A stretch of DNA of 64,000 nucleotides from contig CAZVVW010000006.1 of assembly GCA_964630685.1 (NCBI GenBank), positions 16 through 64,015 of the forward strand, in the 5' to 3' direction. The DNA comes from an uncultured Methanosarcinales archaeon (lineage in GTDB: Archaea; Nanobdellota; Nanobdellia; Woesearchaeales; BS150m-G63). Position 1 is the stretch's first letter, and each line of letters begins with the position of its first letter. Shown here piece by piece: positions 8,692-18,294 of this stretch. The notes below the pieces were generated by a model, which saw nothing but the letters and a program-made list of their open reading frames with translations, did not search any database and was not told where the DNA came from. The position numbers were made by a program, and so were the translations under genes.

Positions 8692-9355
8692 GTTTTCTTT
8701 TTTTAGGGAGTTTATTGTAAATGGTTATTGTTATTATTGAAGTGAATCCTGCTAGAGCTCCGATAATTATGTAAGGGATTTTTGTTGTCATTAGTACAGC
8801 CATTGTTGGAAGAGCGAGGATCTCATATATTGCTGCGAATAATGCTGTGTTTCCTGCGCTGATCTTTTTTATTGTTTGTTTTTTTGTTGTGTAGATATGT
8901 GCTTTGATTTTGTTTTGATTGTTGTAAAGCGTTAATATGATGTAGATAGCTAAAGGTGTTGTGATTGCACCAACTATTGCGTTTCCAAAGAGCAGGTTTA
9001 GGTGTTTTAATGATGATATCAATGATTCAATAACAAAAAGTATTGCTAGGAATAGTGCGTTGAAAATTGAAGGTGCTAAAGGGTTTATTTTTTTTAGTTT
9101 TAGTTTTCTTTTTGAATTTATTTTTGAATTTATTTTTGAGCGTGTTCTTATTATTTTTAAAGTTAGATTAAGAAGGATTATAACAATAAAAGCTGTTAAG
9201 AATCCTGTAAGTAAACCATTAAAGAATTTTGGAATTAGGTCTGTTATTGTTTGGGTGTCTATGTTGAAGATATCTATGAAAAAGAGAGCAATTGCTTCAA
9301 ATAATACAAAGAAAAGAACAAGGGAGTAGTTGAGTTTTTTTATGATTGTATTCAT
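8672..9355 (-). CDS. Hypothetical multi-pass membrane protein
   Basis: Several TM segments, internal repeat-like halves. Confidence 0.55.
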   Translation of the reverse strand: MNTIIKKLNYSLVLFFVLFEAIALFFIDIFNIDTQTITDLIPKFFNGLLTGFLTAFIVIILLNLTLKIIRTRSKINSKINSKRKLKLKKINPLAPSIFNALFLAILFVIESLISSLKHLNLLFGNAIVGAITTPLAIYIILTLYNNQNKIKAHIYTTKKQTIKKISAGNTALFAAIYEILALPTMAVLMTTKIPYIIIGALAGFTSIITITIYNKLPKKRKLTLTSS

Positions 9356-9940
9356 TTATTTTTTCTTTTTCACTTTGCCTAGTTTTTTGTAAGCTAGATA
9401 AATAACAAGAGCTAATTCTAAGAATATGATTATTGGTCTTATGTATCTTCCCATGTCACCAAAATATCTTATTGTTCCTGTGAAGATTGTAATAAGTCCT
9501 CCAAGAAGGAAACCAGAACCAACCCATTCATGAATGGGATTCTTTTTTACTGGAAGATTCAGCCCGACTATCAATGCTACTAATCCTAAAATTGATGAGA
9601 CTATAAAGACAATGAGGTTGTATTTTTCTTGTGCATTATCTAATTTATTGTGACATGTTTCACAATATGCATTTATTGGACAATCTTTACTGTCATATTT
9701 GTAATCTATTTCCCCTTCTTGTTTTTTGCAAGAAGATTCTAATTCATCTGGAATGTTTAATTCAGGACAAGAGAATTTTTCTGTTTCTGCTTGAACAGGA
9801 ATATGTGGGTGTTTTCTTTCTTCTGTGCAATAGTCCTCATATTCTGGATAAGGATAAATAGCTTCAATGCTAACATTAACAAAAACAGTAAACAGAATTG
9901 CTATAACGAAGATGACTAATATTCTTCTAGCGTTTGCCAT
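9356..9940 (-). CDS. Membrane protein with Cys-rich extracellular loop
   Basis: N-terminal TM, Cys-rich loop, three C-terminal TMs. Confidence 0.7.
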   Translation of the reverse strand: MANARRILVIFVIAILFTVFVNVSIEAIYPYPEYEDYCTEERKHPHIPVQAETEKFSCPELNIPDELESSCKKQEGEIDYKYDSKDCPINAYCETCHNKLDNAQEKYNLIVFIVSSILGLVALIVGLNLPVKKNPIHEWVGSGFLLGGLITIFTGTIRYFGDMGRYIRPIIIFLELALVIYLAYKKLGKVKKKK

Positions 9941-10012
9941 GAGTTAAGAATAATTTTGTGTTTTATAAATCTTTCTTAAAAATTTATATAGGGGTGTTGT
10001 TTTAATTATTTT

Positions 10013-10423
10013 ATGTTACCAAGCGTTCATTTTATAGTATCACTGTTTTTAGCAGTAATTCTTTACCCTATTTTTGGATGGATTGTAGGAGTTATTTTAA
10101 TTGGAGGATTTTTTATTGATGTAGATCATTATTTATTGTATTTATTTAAAAAAAAGGATTATAGTCTCAGAAATGCATATTTTTATTTTAGAAATAATGA
10201 TTGTAGTCTAATTTTAAAAAAAGACATTTTTATTTTTCATACAATTGAATCTATTGTTATTTTAAGTGCATTGTCTTTTTATTCTGAATTGTTTTTGTTG
10301 ATAAATTTAGGAGTAGTTTTTCATTTAGTTATGGATTGGATTGATGAGGCTAAGATTTGTGGAAATATAAAAAATCCTTCTATTTTAATTTGGCTTTTTA
10401 ATATTAAAAAAAATAAAAAATAA
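10013..10423 (+). CDS. Putative membrane metal-dependent hydrolase
   Basis: H...DVDH...FH...HLVMD motif pattern. Confidence 0.6.
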   Translation: MLPSVHFIVSLFLAVILYPIFGWIVGVILIGGFFIDVDHYLLYLFKKKDYSLRNAYFYFRNNDCSLILKKDIFIFHTIESIVILSALSFYSELFLLINLGVVFHLVMDWIDEAKICGNIKNPSILIWLFNIKKNKK

Positions 10424-10434
10424 AAAAAGAGTAC

Positions 10435-12096
10435 TTATTCAAGTACTGCTTCAATAACTGCTCTGAATTCTGCTTCTTCAGCTGCTAAATTTCCTTGAGA
10501 TTCATATCCATTATCAATTCTGGTGTATTTACAGCCAATTACAAATACAGGTACATATCCTTGAGGATTGTATTTTTGGAAGATTTGTACTTGTGAATTT
10601 GGAACACTTGATTCAGTTTCAGTTGTTAATGCGTTATCTCCAATATCAAGATCCCAATGGTATGCAGTTATTTTTCCAGCTTCAGCGTATTCAGTCACAA
10701 CATCATCAAAGGTATCTTTTATCCATACACACTGAGGGCAAGTGGTTGTTGAAAATAACTGTACAAGAGGTTTTCCATTTTCTGTACATAATTCATCTCC
10801 TGTTGCGGCGAATGTTGTGATGTCAATAAGTTCAGTAGTTGTTTCTTCTTCAGCTGTTGTATCTGTTTCTTCATCTGTAGTTGTTATTGGTTCAACTATA
10901 GGTGCTGTTGGTTCTAATAATGCACCCACATCAGTTCCAATTATTTGAACATCTGCATTAGCACGTAGTTGGTCCATGTATAACTGAGCTACTGTTCTTT
11001 GTTTTTGGACTAATAAAGCCTGAGTTAAATCTGCTTTGATGTCTTCTAATGTTTGATTTTGTGCTTCAAACAAATCTTTGTTTTCATTGTATGCTGCTTC
11101 AATTTCAGTATCTGTTATTTCAATGTCACTTAATATGGTTGTGTTAAGTAATTTAAAACTTATAAGTTGTTTTTTGAAATATTCTTTTATGTTGTCTAAA
11201 GTTAACCCTAATTCTGTAATTGTTGCTTCAAATGCTTCTATTGTACCGCCAGATTGTGTTATTGAACTTTGAACAAAAGAATCAACTTCTTCATCAGAGA
11301 CTTCGATGTTGTTCTTAGCTGCTTCTTGAAGTATTAATCTTTCTGGGATTAATGTGCTGTTCAAAAAGAGTTCTTTAGTAATCTGTTCTTTGTATTCTTC
11401 AGGCAATCCACCAATTAAGAAAAAGAATTCATATTCTTTGTCTAGGTCGCTGGCAGTGATTTCTTCACCATTTACAAGCGCAACAGTTCCTGCCACACCA
11501 GGTGTAACTGGGAAACTCCTGTTTACATAAATTATTGCAAAAACAATTAAAATTATACCAATTATTGAAAATGCAATTGGCCAAAAAGAAGTGTTCTTTT
11601 TCCTTACTTTGTGAACTTTTTTAGTAGTTGTTTTTGTTGTTTTTTTCTTTGTAGGTGTTGTTTTTTTCTTTGTTATAGTTTTTTTAGCAACTACTTTTGG
11701 TTTTTTTGCTTTTTTCACAATAGGTTTATCTTCTTTTTCTTCTACAATTTCTTTTTTGATTTCTGTTTTTTCTTCTCTGATGATAGGATTAATCTCTACT
11801 TTTTCTTCCATTTCTTTTTCTACTTCAGCTTCCATATCATCATTGTCGATTTCATCATCATCATCATCATCATGTTCTTCTTCTATTTCTTTAGTTTCTT
11901 GTATCTCTATTTCAGGTTCTTCTTCTTTTTTAATATCAGATTCACTTTTGATGCTTCCCATTTTGTTTATTTCTTCAGAAATTTTTTCTTCTTCAGGAGT
12001 AGATTCTTTTTCAATGTAAACATCTTCTTCAAAATCTTCCCCATTTTTCATCATTTCTTCATAATCATTTACTCTATCTTCATTCATATTAACCAC
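10435..12096 (-). CDS. Membrane-anchored SurA/PrsA N-domain plus thioredoxin-like protein
   Basis: Acidic then Lys-rich N-terminus, TM, VALVNGEEIT SurA-type start, C-terminal CPQC thioredoxin-like domain. Confidence 0.7.
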   Translation of the reverse strand: MVNMNEDRVNDYEEMMKNGEDFEEDVYIEKESTPEEEKISEEINKMGSIKSESDIKKEEEPEIEIQETKEIEEEHDDDDDDEIDNDDMEAEVEKEMEEKVEINPIIREEKTEIKKEIVEEKEDKPIVKKAKKPKVVAKKTITKKKTTPTKKKTTKTTTKKVHKVRKKNTSFWPIAFSIIGIILIVFAIIYVNRSFPVTPGVAGTVALVNGEEITASDLDKEYEFFFLIGGLPEEYKEQITKELFLNSTLIPERLILQEAAKNNIEVSDEEVDSFVQSSITQSGGTIEAFEATITELGLTLDNIKEYFKKQLISFKLLNTTILSDIEITDTEIEAAYNENKDLFEAQNQTLEDIKADLTQALLVQKQRTVAQLYMDQLRANADVQIIGTDVGALLEPTAPIVEPITTTDEETDTTAEEETTTELIDITTFAATGDELCTENGKPLVQLFSTTTCPQCVWIKDTFDDVVTEYAEAGKITAYHWDLDIGDNALTTETESSVPNSQVQIFQKYNPQGYVPVFVIGCKYTRIDNGYESQGNLAAEEAEFRAVIEAVLE

Positions 12097-12248
12097 CTTG
12101 TTTTAAATAGCTACCTCTTTTTAATTTTAATAATTATAATCCCCTTAAGAGTAGAAAAACTAGTAGTAAATAAAGATTTCGGTTTTTGTATTAATTACTG
12201 AGTAGTTTTAATAAACATTTATATGCTTTTACTTGTTTTACTTTAATT

Positions 12249-13571
12249 ATGCAAGAGATTATAATAGGTAGATTAGCGCGAGATAGGGAAAAATTTGGTA
12301 AAAAAGGAACTATCTTGATAGGAAAACATTTTGTTAAGATGGGTCAAACTACGTCTATGTCTGGTGAAATGTATTTAGATGTAGCTGGAGCACATGTTGT
12401 TTTTATTTGTGGCAAGCGTGGTGGGGGAAAATCTTATACTATGGGAGTTATTGCTGAAGGATTTGAGATGCTTGAGCCAGAGATAAAGGATAATTTGAGC
12501 ATTATTTTACTTGATACTATGGGTATTTATTGGACTATGAAATATCCAAATAGACATGAAGCTGATTTGTTAGAACCATGGGGACTAGAACCAAAATCAA
12601 TGCCTGTTGTGATTTACACTCCATATAAACATTATGAAGAATACAAAGAAAAGGGAATCCCTACTGATTTTCCATTTTCTTTAGAGGCTTCTATGATTGA
12701 TCAAGATGATTGGTGCTTGGCTTTTAAGCAAGAGAAGTATAGTACTATTGGTGTGCTTATTGCTAGGATTGTGTTAGGGTTAAAAGAGAAAAAAGGCAAG
12801 TATAATATTGATGATATTATTGCTGAAATTGATAAAGATGAAAAAGCAGATAGTAAAACTAAACAAGCTGTTGAAAGTATGTTTTTGATGGCTAAAGGTT
12901 GGGGTGTTTTTACAGATAAAGGAACTGATTTTCAAGAGCTTGCTAAAGGTGGACAAACCACTATTTTAGATGTTAGTTGTTATGCTACTATGCCTGGTGG
13001 ATGGGATGTTAAAGCATTGATTGTAGGAATTGTTTCTCAACATTTATTTATTGAGCGAATGAATTTTAGGAAAAAAGAAGAAATGAACGATTTAAAGAGT
13101 TCTATGGAATATTTTACTGAAAAATCACAAAAAAAACAACAGATGCCTTTGGTTTGGCTAGTTATTGATGAAGCTCACGAATTTTTGCCTAGAACTGGTA
13201 CTGTTGCGTCTACTGATGCTTTGGTTACTATAATGAGGGAAGGTAGACAGCCAGGGATTTCACTTATATTGGCTACACAGCAACCAGGAAAAATTCATAC
13301 TGATGTGATGACTCAAAGCGATATTGTGTTGAGTCATAGGATTACAGCTAAAATTGATGTTGATGCTTTGGGAATGTTGATGCAGAGTTATATGAGAACT
13401 GGTCTGACAGGTGAATTAGATAATCTTCCTCGTGTAAAGGGTGCAGGAGTTATTTTTGATGATAGTAACGAAAAAATGTATCCTATGAGGGTTCGTCCGA
13501 GAATTACTTGGCATGGAGGAGCTTCTCCTACAGCTATTCCCAAAGATATTGACAAAGAAGAGAAGTTGTAA
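12249..13571 (+). CDS. HerA/FtsK-like ATPase (DUF87)
   Basis: GKRGGGKS Walker A, VIDEAH Walker B, REGRQPG, LATQQP. Confidence 0.88.
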   Translation: MQEIIIGRLARDREKFGKKGTILIGKHFVKMGQTTSMSGEMYLDVAGAHVVFICGKRGGGKSYTMGVIAEGFEMLEPEIKDNLSIILLDTMGIYWTMKYPNRHEADLLEPWGLEPKSMPVVIYTPYKHYEEYKEKGIPTDFPFSLEASMIDQDDWCLAFKQEKYSTIGVLIARIVLGLKEKKGKYNIDDIIAEIDKDEKADSKTKQAVESMFLMAKGWGVFTDKGTDFQELAKGGQTTILDVSCYATMPGGWDVKALIVGIVSQHLFIERMNFRKKEEMNDLKSSMEYFTEKSQKKQQMPLVWLVIDEAHEFLPRTGTVASTDALVTIMREGRQPGISLILATQQPGKIHTDVMTQSDIVLSHRITAKIDVDALGMLMQSYMRTGLTGELDNLPRVKGAGVIFDDSNEKMYPMRVRPRITWHGGASPTAIPKDIDKEEKL

Positions 13572-13626
13572 ATCTTTCAGTTTTTTCTAGGAAAGATATA
13601 TAAATTTGAGTTGATTCTATGTTTAT

Positions 13627-13923
13627 ATGGTATTTAGTAAAAGTTTTCCAAGGACTATTGAAGGGAGTAATTATCCTGTTTGGGAAGAAGTTAAATTGAC
13701 TGAAAAAGAAGAGAAAGAGCAAGAAGGCAATTGCAGAATTGAAAATATCTCTTTGATGAAAGAATGTATTGATGATGCTAAAGGGATTATGAAAGATAAA
13801 GGGTTAAAGAATTTTCAGACTGATTTGATTAATATGGCTATTTCTTTGTTTGAGAAAAGAGCAAGCCATAGTGTTTATTGGAAAGAGAACAAAGCGAAAG
13901 AAAAGTTTGATGAGATGTTTTGA
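13627..13923 (+). CDS. Hypothetical protein
   Basis: Clean ORF with TATA-like sequence upstream. Confidence 0.7.
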   Translation: MVFSKSFPRTIEGSNYPVWEEVKLTEKEEKEQEGNCRIENISLMKECIDDAKGIMKDKGLKNFQTDLINMAISLFEKRASHSVYWKENKAKEKFDEMF

Positions 13924-13939
13924 TAGGGGGTTATAGTGA

Positions 13940-14458
13940 TTAAGGGATTCTTCTCAACTGTTTAACTAAGTAGTTTTCTTCATCTTGGATCACTTCTTTT
14001 TTTATTTCTGGTAGAGGTTCTTTTTTGTTTTCTTTTTCAAAAGCTCCGATGTGGGCTGTGTGTTCTTTAATTTTTAGCTCTATAGTGGACATCTCTTCTT
14101 CATCTAATTGTTTTGGTTGCCATTCTAAATTTATATTGTCGTTTTCTGTTCTAGGTATTATGCTTATGCTAAAGTGAGAGTGTTTTTGACCTGCTGTAAC
14201 TCCATTATTCATGAGAATATTTGTGCCTTGAATGTTTAGAGAATCAAATAAAGCGCTTGATAGTTTGTTAGCTATTATCATGAGATGGTTTACTATAAAA
14301 TCAGGCACTTGTTCTAAAATAGGGAAATGTCCTTTAGGTACTAAAGTTATTTGACCTAAAACAGCAGGAGTTTCTTCTATAAACACAATTACTTTTTCAT
14401 CTTCGTAAATCTTTAACTTGATTTCTTTTTTTATTTTGTCACAGATTTTGCAGGCCAT
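13940..14458 (-). CDS. HIT-fold protein, degenerate histidine triad
   Basis: CxxC start, IYEDE, PKGH, GTNI..NNG..AGQ, HFSISIIPR. Confidence 0.8.
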   Translation of the reverse strand: MACKICDKIKKEIKLKIYEDEKVIVFIEETPAVLGQITLVPKGHFPILEQVPDFIVNHLMIIANKLSSALFDSLNIQGTNILMNNGVTAGQKHSHFSISIIPRTENDNINLEWQPKQLDEEEMSTIELKIKEHTAHIGAFEKENKKEPLPEIKKEVIQDEENYLVKQLRRIP

Positions 14459-14459
14459 T

Positions 14460-15137
14460 TTAAGTAAATAGTTTAGCTATATCGTCTAAATTTGCTCCTT
14501 TGGTTTTTTTGGTACTCTTTTTCTTGGTTTCTTTTTTCTTTTTTGGAGAACTTATTTTTGAATTGGATTCTTTTTTGGATGTTTTTTTAGGGAGGGTTTG
14601 TTTGATTTTTTGTTTAGTTTCTGGTTCTTCTTTTTCTGGTTTTAATCCAAAAAGTTCATTGACTTTTTTTGTCATTATTTGTTTTAATTTTGTTAAGTCA
14701 GTTTCATTTGTTTTGTTTTCTGGAAGGGTAAAATTAAGTGCATCTTTTTCCATTCTTGGAATTATATGGATCATAAAGTGCTGAGCTTTTTGTCCTGCAA
14801 CAATTCCGTTTGCGATAAAGATATTTGTGCCTGAAGCTTTGAAAGCTTTTAGGCAGGCAGAAGAAAGTGCTTTTGTTATCATTGACATGTGCCCTAAAAT
14901 ATCATCTGGAATCTGAGGCATTATTGCGTAATGTTCTTTAGGTAAAAGAAGTATATGTCCTGGATTAGCTGGATTGATATCTAAAATAGCTAGACATTTA
15001 TCATCTTCATAGATTTTTTTAGATTGAACTTTTCCACTAACAATATGGCAAAATATACATTGCTCTTTTTGGAATTTTCTTAATTCCTCTGGAGACATGT
15101 TTTTCAGTTTTTCCTGTAAATCCTCTTGTTCAGACAT
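14460..15137 (-). CDS. HIT family protein, degenerate histidine triad
   Basis: CIFC, LDINPANPGH, PKEH, AGQKAQHFMIHIIPR. Confidence 0.88.
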   Translation of the reverse strand: MSEQEDLQEKLKNMSPEELRKFQKEQCIFCHIVSGKVQSKKIYEDDKCLAILDINPANPGHILLLPKEHYAIMPQIPDDILGHMSMITKALSSACLKAFKASGTNIFIANGIVAGQKAQHFMIHIIPRMEKDALNFTLPENKTNETDLTKLKQIMTKKVNELFGLKPEKEEPETKQKIKQTLPKKTSKKESNSKISSPKKKKETKKKSTKKTKGANLDDIAKLFT

Positions 15138-15190
15138 ATTGGTTTGAAAAGTGTTTTGTTATAAAAAAGTTGTTATTGAAAGCAACAAGA

Positions 15191-16336
15191 TTACTTTGTT
15201 GCTTCATAACGTGCTTTTACTTCTGCTGCTGAAAATGCTTTATTGTAAATAAGAGCAGAATCAATAGTTCCTGCAAAAGTAGACGCAATTGTTAAATCAG
15301 TAGATGTATCGCTTGTGGTTGTTATTGTTGCATTGTTATCCAATTCTCCATCTAAGAATAATTGAACATATCCATTATTATGGGTTACAATTATGTGATG
15401 CCATTTATTTGAATCTAGGTTATTAAGTCCTATTAATTGATCAGATCCATTTTGAAAACTTAATTTATAATTCATTCCTTGATTAATTGTTTGAATATAA
15501 TATGCTATCCCTTTTGAAAAAAAAGGTCCCAAACTATCTCCTCTAGTCCATATTTCCCAAGTATATTCCTTTGTGTTGTTAAAATCTAAACTATTATCAT
15601 TTCCAACGTTTAATGGGCTTGATGAAAATATAGCTGCATTACCAAATTTACCATTAGATGTCCAATTGTGGCAATTTCCATCAGGGTTGCAACTTCCAGT
15701 GTTTTCGTTTCCGCTGAGATCCATTGCTTCTTCACCTTCACCTTCACCGAAATACCAGTAAGCTAGTAAATTATCTGCATTGTTCCCTAAAATATTTTTT
15801 GGGTTGAATTCATCTATTGAAGAACTGATTTCACCTATTACTGTGTGGTTTAGTAAATCTTTTGTTTGATAGGTTAAATAGACATCTGCTTTTGCTTTTT
15901 TGTTGATATTCTTTGGAGGATGTTTTATGCTAAATCTTGCTTCTTTTCCATTTCTTACATCTCTTTCTCCTTGGTATAGTCCATTTAGTTCTTTTCCGCT
16001 TATGTTTACTTTAGTGATTGTAATATCTTTGCCAAAACTATTTTGGAGTACTATTGTTGTGAAATATTCATCTACAACAAATTCCGTGCATGCTAAACCA
16101 GGCACAAAAGTACATGTTTTTGGCAGAAAGTTTCCTGGATTGACAATTCCAAAATAACCCAGTGCTGCGATTGTTATGATTACAACTAGAATAGCCCACC
16201 CGTAAGTCATTAAGAACTCCATAGCGGCCTGCGCCCGCTTTGTAATTCTCGAGGAGTTCACTCGCGATGCTCGCGAATCTATTAAGAATTCCATAGCTGT
16301 TTGAGCTTTCTTTGATTTGCTTTGTTTTGTTTTCAT
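15191..16336 (-). CDS. Class III signal-peptide pilin-like protein with LamG domain
   Basis: KRAQAAMEFLMTYGWAILVV; LAYWYF...WHHIIVT...IYNKAFS LamG motifs. Confidence 0.85.
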   Translation of the reverse strand: MKTKQSKSKKAQTAMEFLIDSRASRVNSSRITKRAQAAMEFLMTYGWAILVVIITIAALGYFGIVNPGNFLPKTCTFVPGLACTEFVVDEYFTTIVLQNSFGKDITITKVNISGKELNGLYQGERDVRNGKEARFSIKHPPKNINKKAKADVYLTYQTKDLLNHTVIGEISSSIDEFNPKNILGNNADNLLAYWYFGEGEGEEAMDLSGNENTGSCNPDGNCHNWTSNGKFGNAAIFSSSPLNVGNDNSLDFNNTKEYTWEIWTRGDSLGPFFSKGIAYYIQTINQGMNYKLSFQNGSDQLIGLNNLDSNKWHHIIVTHNNGYVQLFLDGELDNNATITTTSDTSTDLTIASTFAGTIDSALIYNKAFSAAEVKARYEATK

Positions 16337-18258
16337 ATTATTTCCTCTTTCTTTTTTCCATAAATATAAAGATATTGCCAGAATAAAGATTGTTTTCTTT
16401 CTATTTTAATTTTAAATCCTGCTTCTTTAAAATGATTTTGGATGTGTTCATTACTTGTTAACCATCTTTTGTTGGGAATCAATCCAAAAAAGTTATCATA
16501 ATCTACAAAGCAAATTTTATCTCCTATTTTTAATTTTTGATTCATTTCTTTTAATACTTTTGTAGGGTGCTGTACATAACCCAACATTCCTACAGATACA
16601 ATAACATCAATAATTGGTATTTTTGGATGTACTCTTGTGCTATGTAGTGGATCATGAATTAATTTAACGTGTTTATGGCCTTTTTGTTTTATTCTTTTTT
16701 TTGTGATGTCTAAATCATGCAAGGAAATATCTACAGCATAAATTTTTCCTTTAGGCCCAACTTCTTCTGCCAAATGCATAGTCATTGTACCTACAGAACA
16801 CCCAAATTCGAGAACTGTTTTTCTTTTAAGATTTCCAACAAGACGAATTACTTTTTTTCTTATTTTTAATGGGGTAGATATATTTTCAGTTAAAAGATAA
16901 AAATATGCAAATAAATCATCTACTCTTCTTAATATTTTAGGATCATAATATAATCCTATTAATAGATAGATTGGAATCCCTATTAAAATAAAAGAAAATC
17001 CCATTTTTAAAAGATAAAATGCTCCTGCTTCTTGTGTGAGCCATAAGAATATTAAAAATGCATTAAATAAAAGGATTATAATTGGACCAACATAACCAAA
17101 AGGGGCTTTGAATGGTCTTTTTTTGTTAGGGTGTTTATTTCTTAAAGTTGGTACTGCAAGTATTGCTGCGCTCATAATAATTAAAACTAAAGGAATCAAC
17201 ATTTCTAAAAGAGTTTCATACCCTTTTCCAGAAAAACTCATTAAAATAAAAACAGTTGTTGCACATGCTTGAAATATTATTGCTCTATGTGGTGTGTGAT
17301 ATTTTGAATGGATATCTTTGAATTGTGGCAAAAATAATTTATCTCTTGTTAATGCAAGGATTAATCTTGGCCCTGTTACAATCCATCCAGCAGCTGCACC
17401 TATTATAACTAGATAAGTTCCTATTGTGAGAATATCTCTCCCCCAATTACCCATTAATAGTTGTGCTAAATCTGCAAAAGGAGCTGCGCTTAAACTAAAT
17501 GCTTCCCAATGTATTGTACTTAAACTAGTTACAACAAGTAAAATGATTAATCCAGCTATGATTGTAACTCCTATCAATAATGCTTTTGGAAGTACTTTTT
17601 CTGGTCTTTTTGTCTCTTCTGCTAAAAAACAAACACTTTCTAATCCAAAGAAAGCTTGAGAAGTAAAAAATACAGCTATGAATATAGCAGAGAGATTTTT
17701 GAATATTGAATCATATATAAAAAAAGGGCTTAAGTTTGAGAAGTTTAATTGAGGAATTGTTGGGAGAATCAATATAAAAATTATTGAGATAGTTATTATC
17801 GCAAAAGTTACTAACATAAATGCAGAAGTTTTCATGCCTCTATAAGCCATTATATTAAAAATTATTACCCACAATAGGGAGATTAAGATTTTACTGATTA
17901 TGAAAATAGGTGCATTGTAAGGTAAGAGATATTGAATAGCTCCCACAATAAGCATTGCTGTCGTGATGTTTCCAACTAACCATGCGATCCACCCAACAAG
18001 AAAAGAAGAGAACCTTCCATAAGCGTGTTTGCTAAACTCATAGATGCCGCCTGCTTTAGGGTACATAGAAACTAATTCTGCAAAACATGTTGCAGTGTAT
18101 AAAGTTATGATTGCAACTATTATCCAAGCTAAAATTGATGCTGGTCCAGCATATCTTGCACCAATTGCAGGCAGAAAAAAGAGGCCTGAACCTATTATGG
18201 AGTTAATTGTGATTAGTAAAATCACCTTAAAGCTTAATACTTTTTTTAGTTCTGCCAT
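16333..18258 (-). CDS. APC permease fused to C-terminal SAM-methyltransferase domain
   Basis: SIIGSGLF, FAELVS, RPFKAP; then VLEFGCSVG, YAVD. Confidence 0.85.
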   Translation of the reverse strand: MAELKKVLSFKVILLITINSIIGSGLFFLPAIGARYAGPASILAWIIVAIITLYTATCFAELVSMYPKAGGIYEFSKHAYGRFSSFLVGWIAWLVGNITTAMLIVGAIQYLLPYNAPIFIISKILISLLWVIIFNIMAYRGMKTSAFMLVTFAIITISIIFILILPTIPQLNFSNLSPFFIYDSIFKNLSAIFIAVFFTSQAFFGLESVCFLAEETKRPEKVLPKALLIGVTIIAGLIILLVVTSLSTIHWEAFSLSAAPFADLAQLLMGNWGRDILTIGTYLVIIGAAAGWIVTGPRLILALTRDKLFLPQFKDIHSKYHTPHRAIIFQACATTVFILMSFSGKGYETLLEMLIPLVLIIMSAAILAVPTLRNKHPNKKRPFKAPFGYVGPIIILLFNAFLIFLWLTQEAGAFYLLKMGFSFILIGIPIYLLIGLYYDPKILRRVDDLFAYFYLLTENISTPLKIRKKVIRLVGNLKRKTVLEFGCSVGTMTMHLAEEVGPKGKIYAVDISLHDLDITKKRIKQKGHKHVKLIHDPLHSTRVHPKIPIIDVIVSVGMLGYVQHPTKVLKEMNQKLKIGDKICFVDYDNFFGLIPNKRWLTSNEHIQNHFKEAGFKIKIERKQSLFWQYLYIYGKKKEEII

Positions 18259-18294
18259 TTTGTGGTTGTTGTTGTGTGTTTTTTATTATATGAT

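Noticed and set aside
11611..12201. 196-aa Phe-rich + strand ORF, and similar short antisense ORFs elsewhere
   Set aside because: Shadow of the Glu/Lys-rich gene on the opposite strand.
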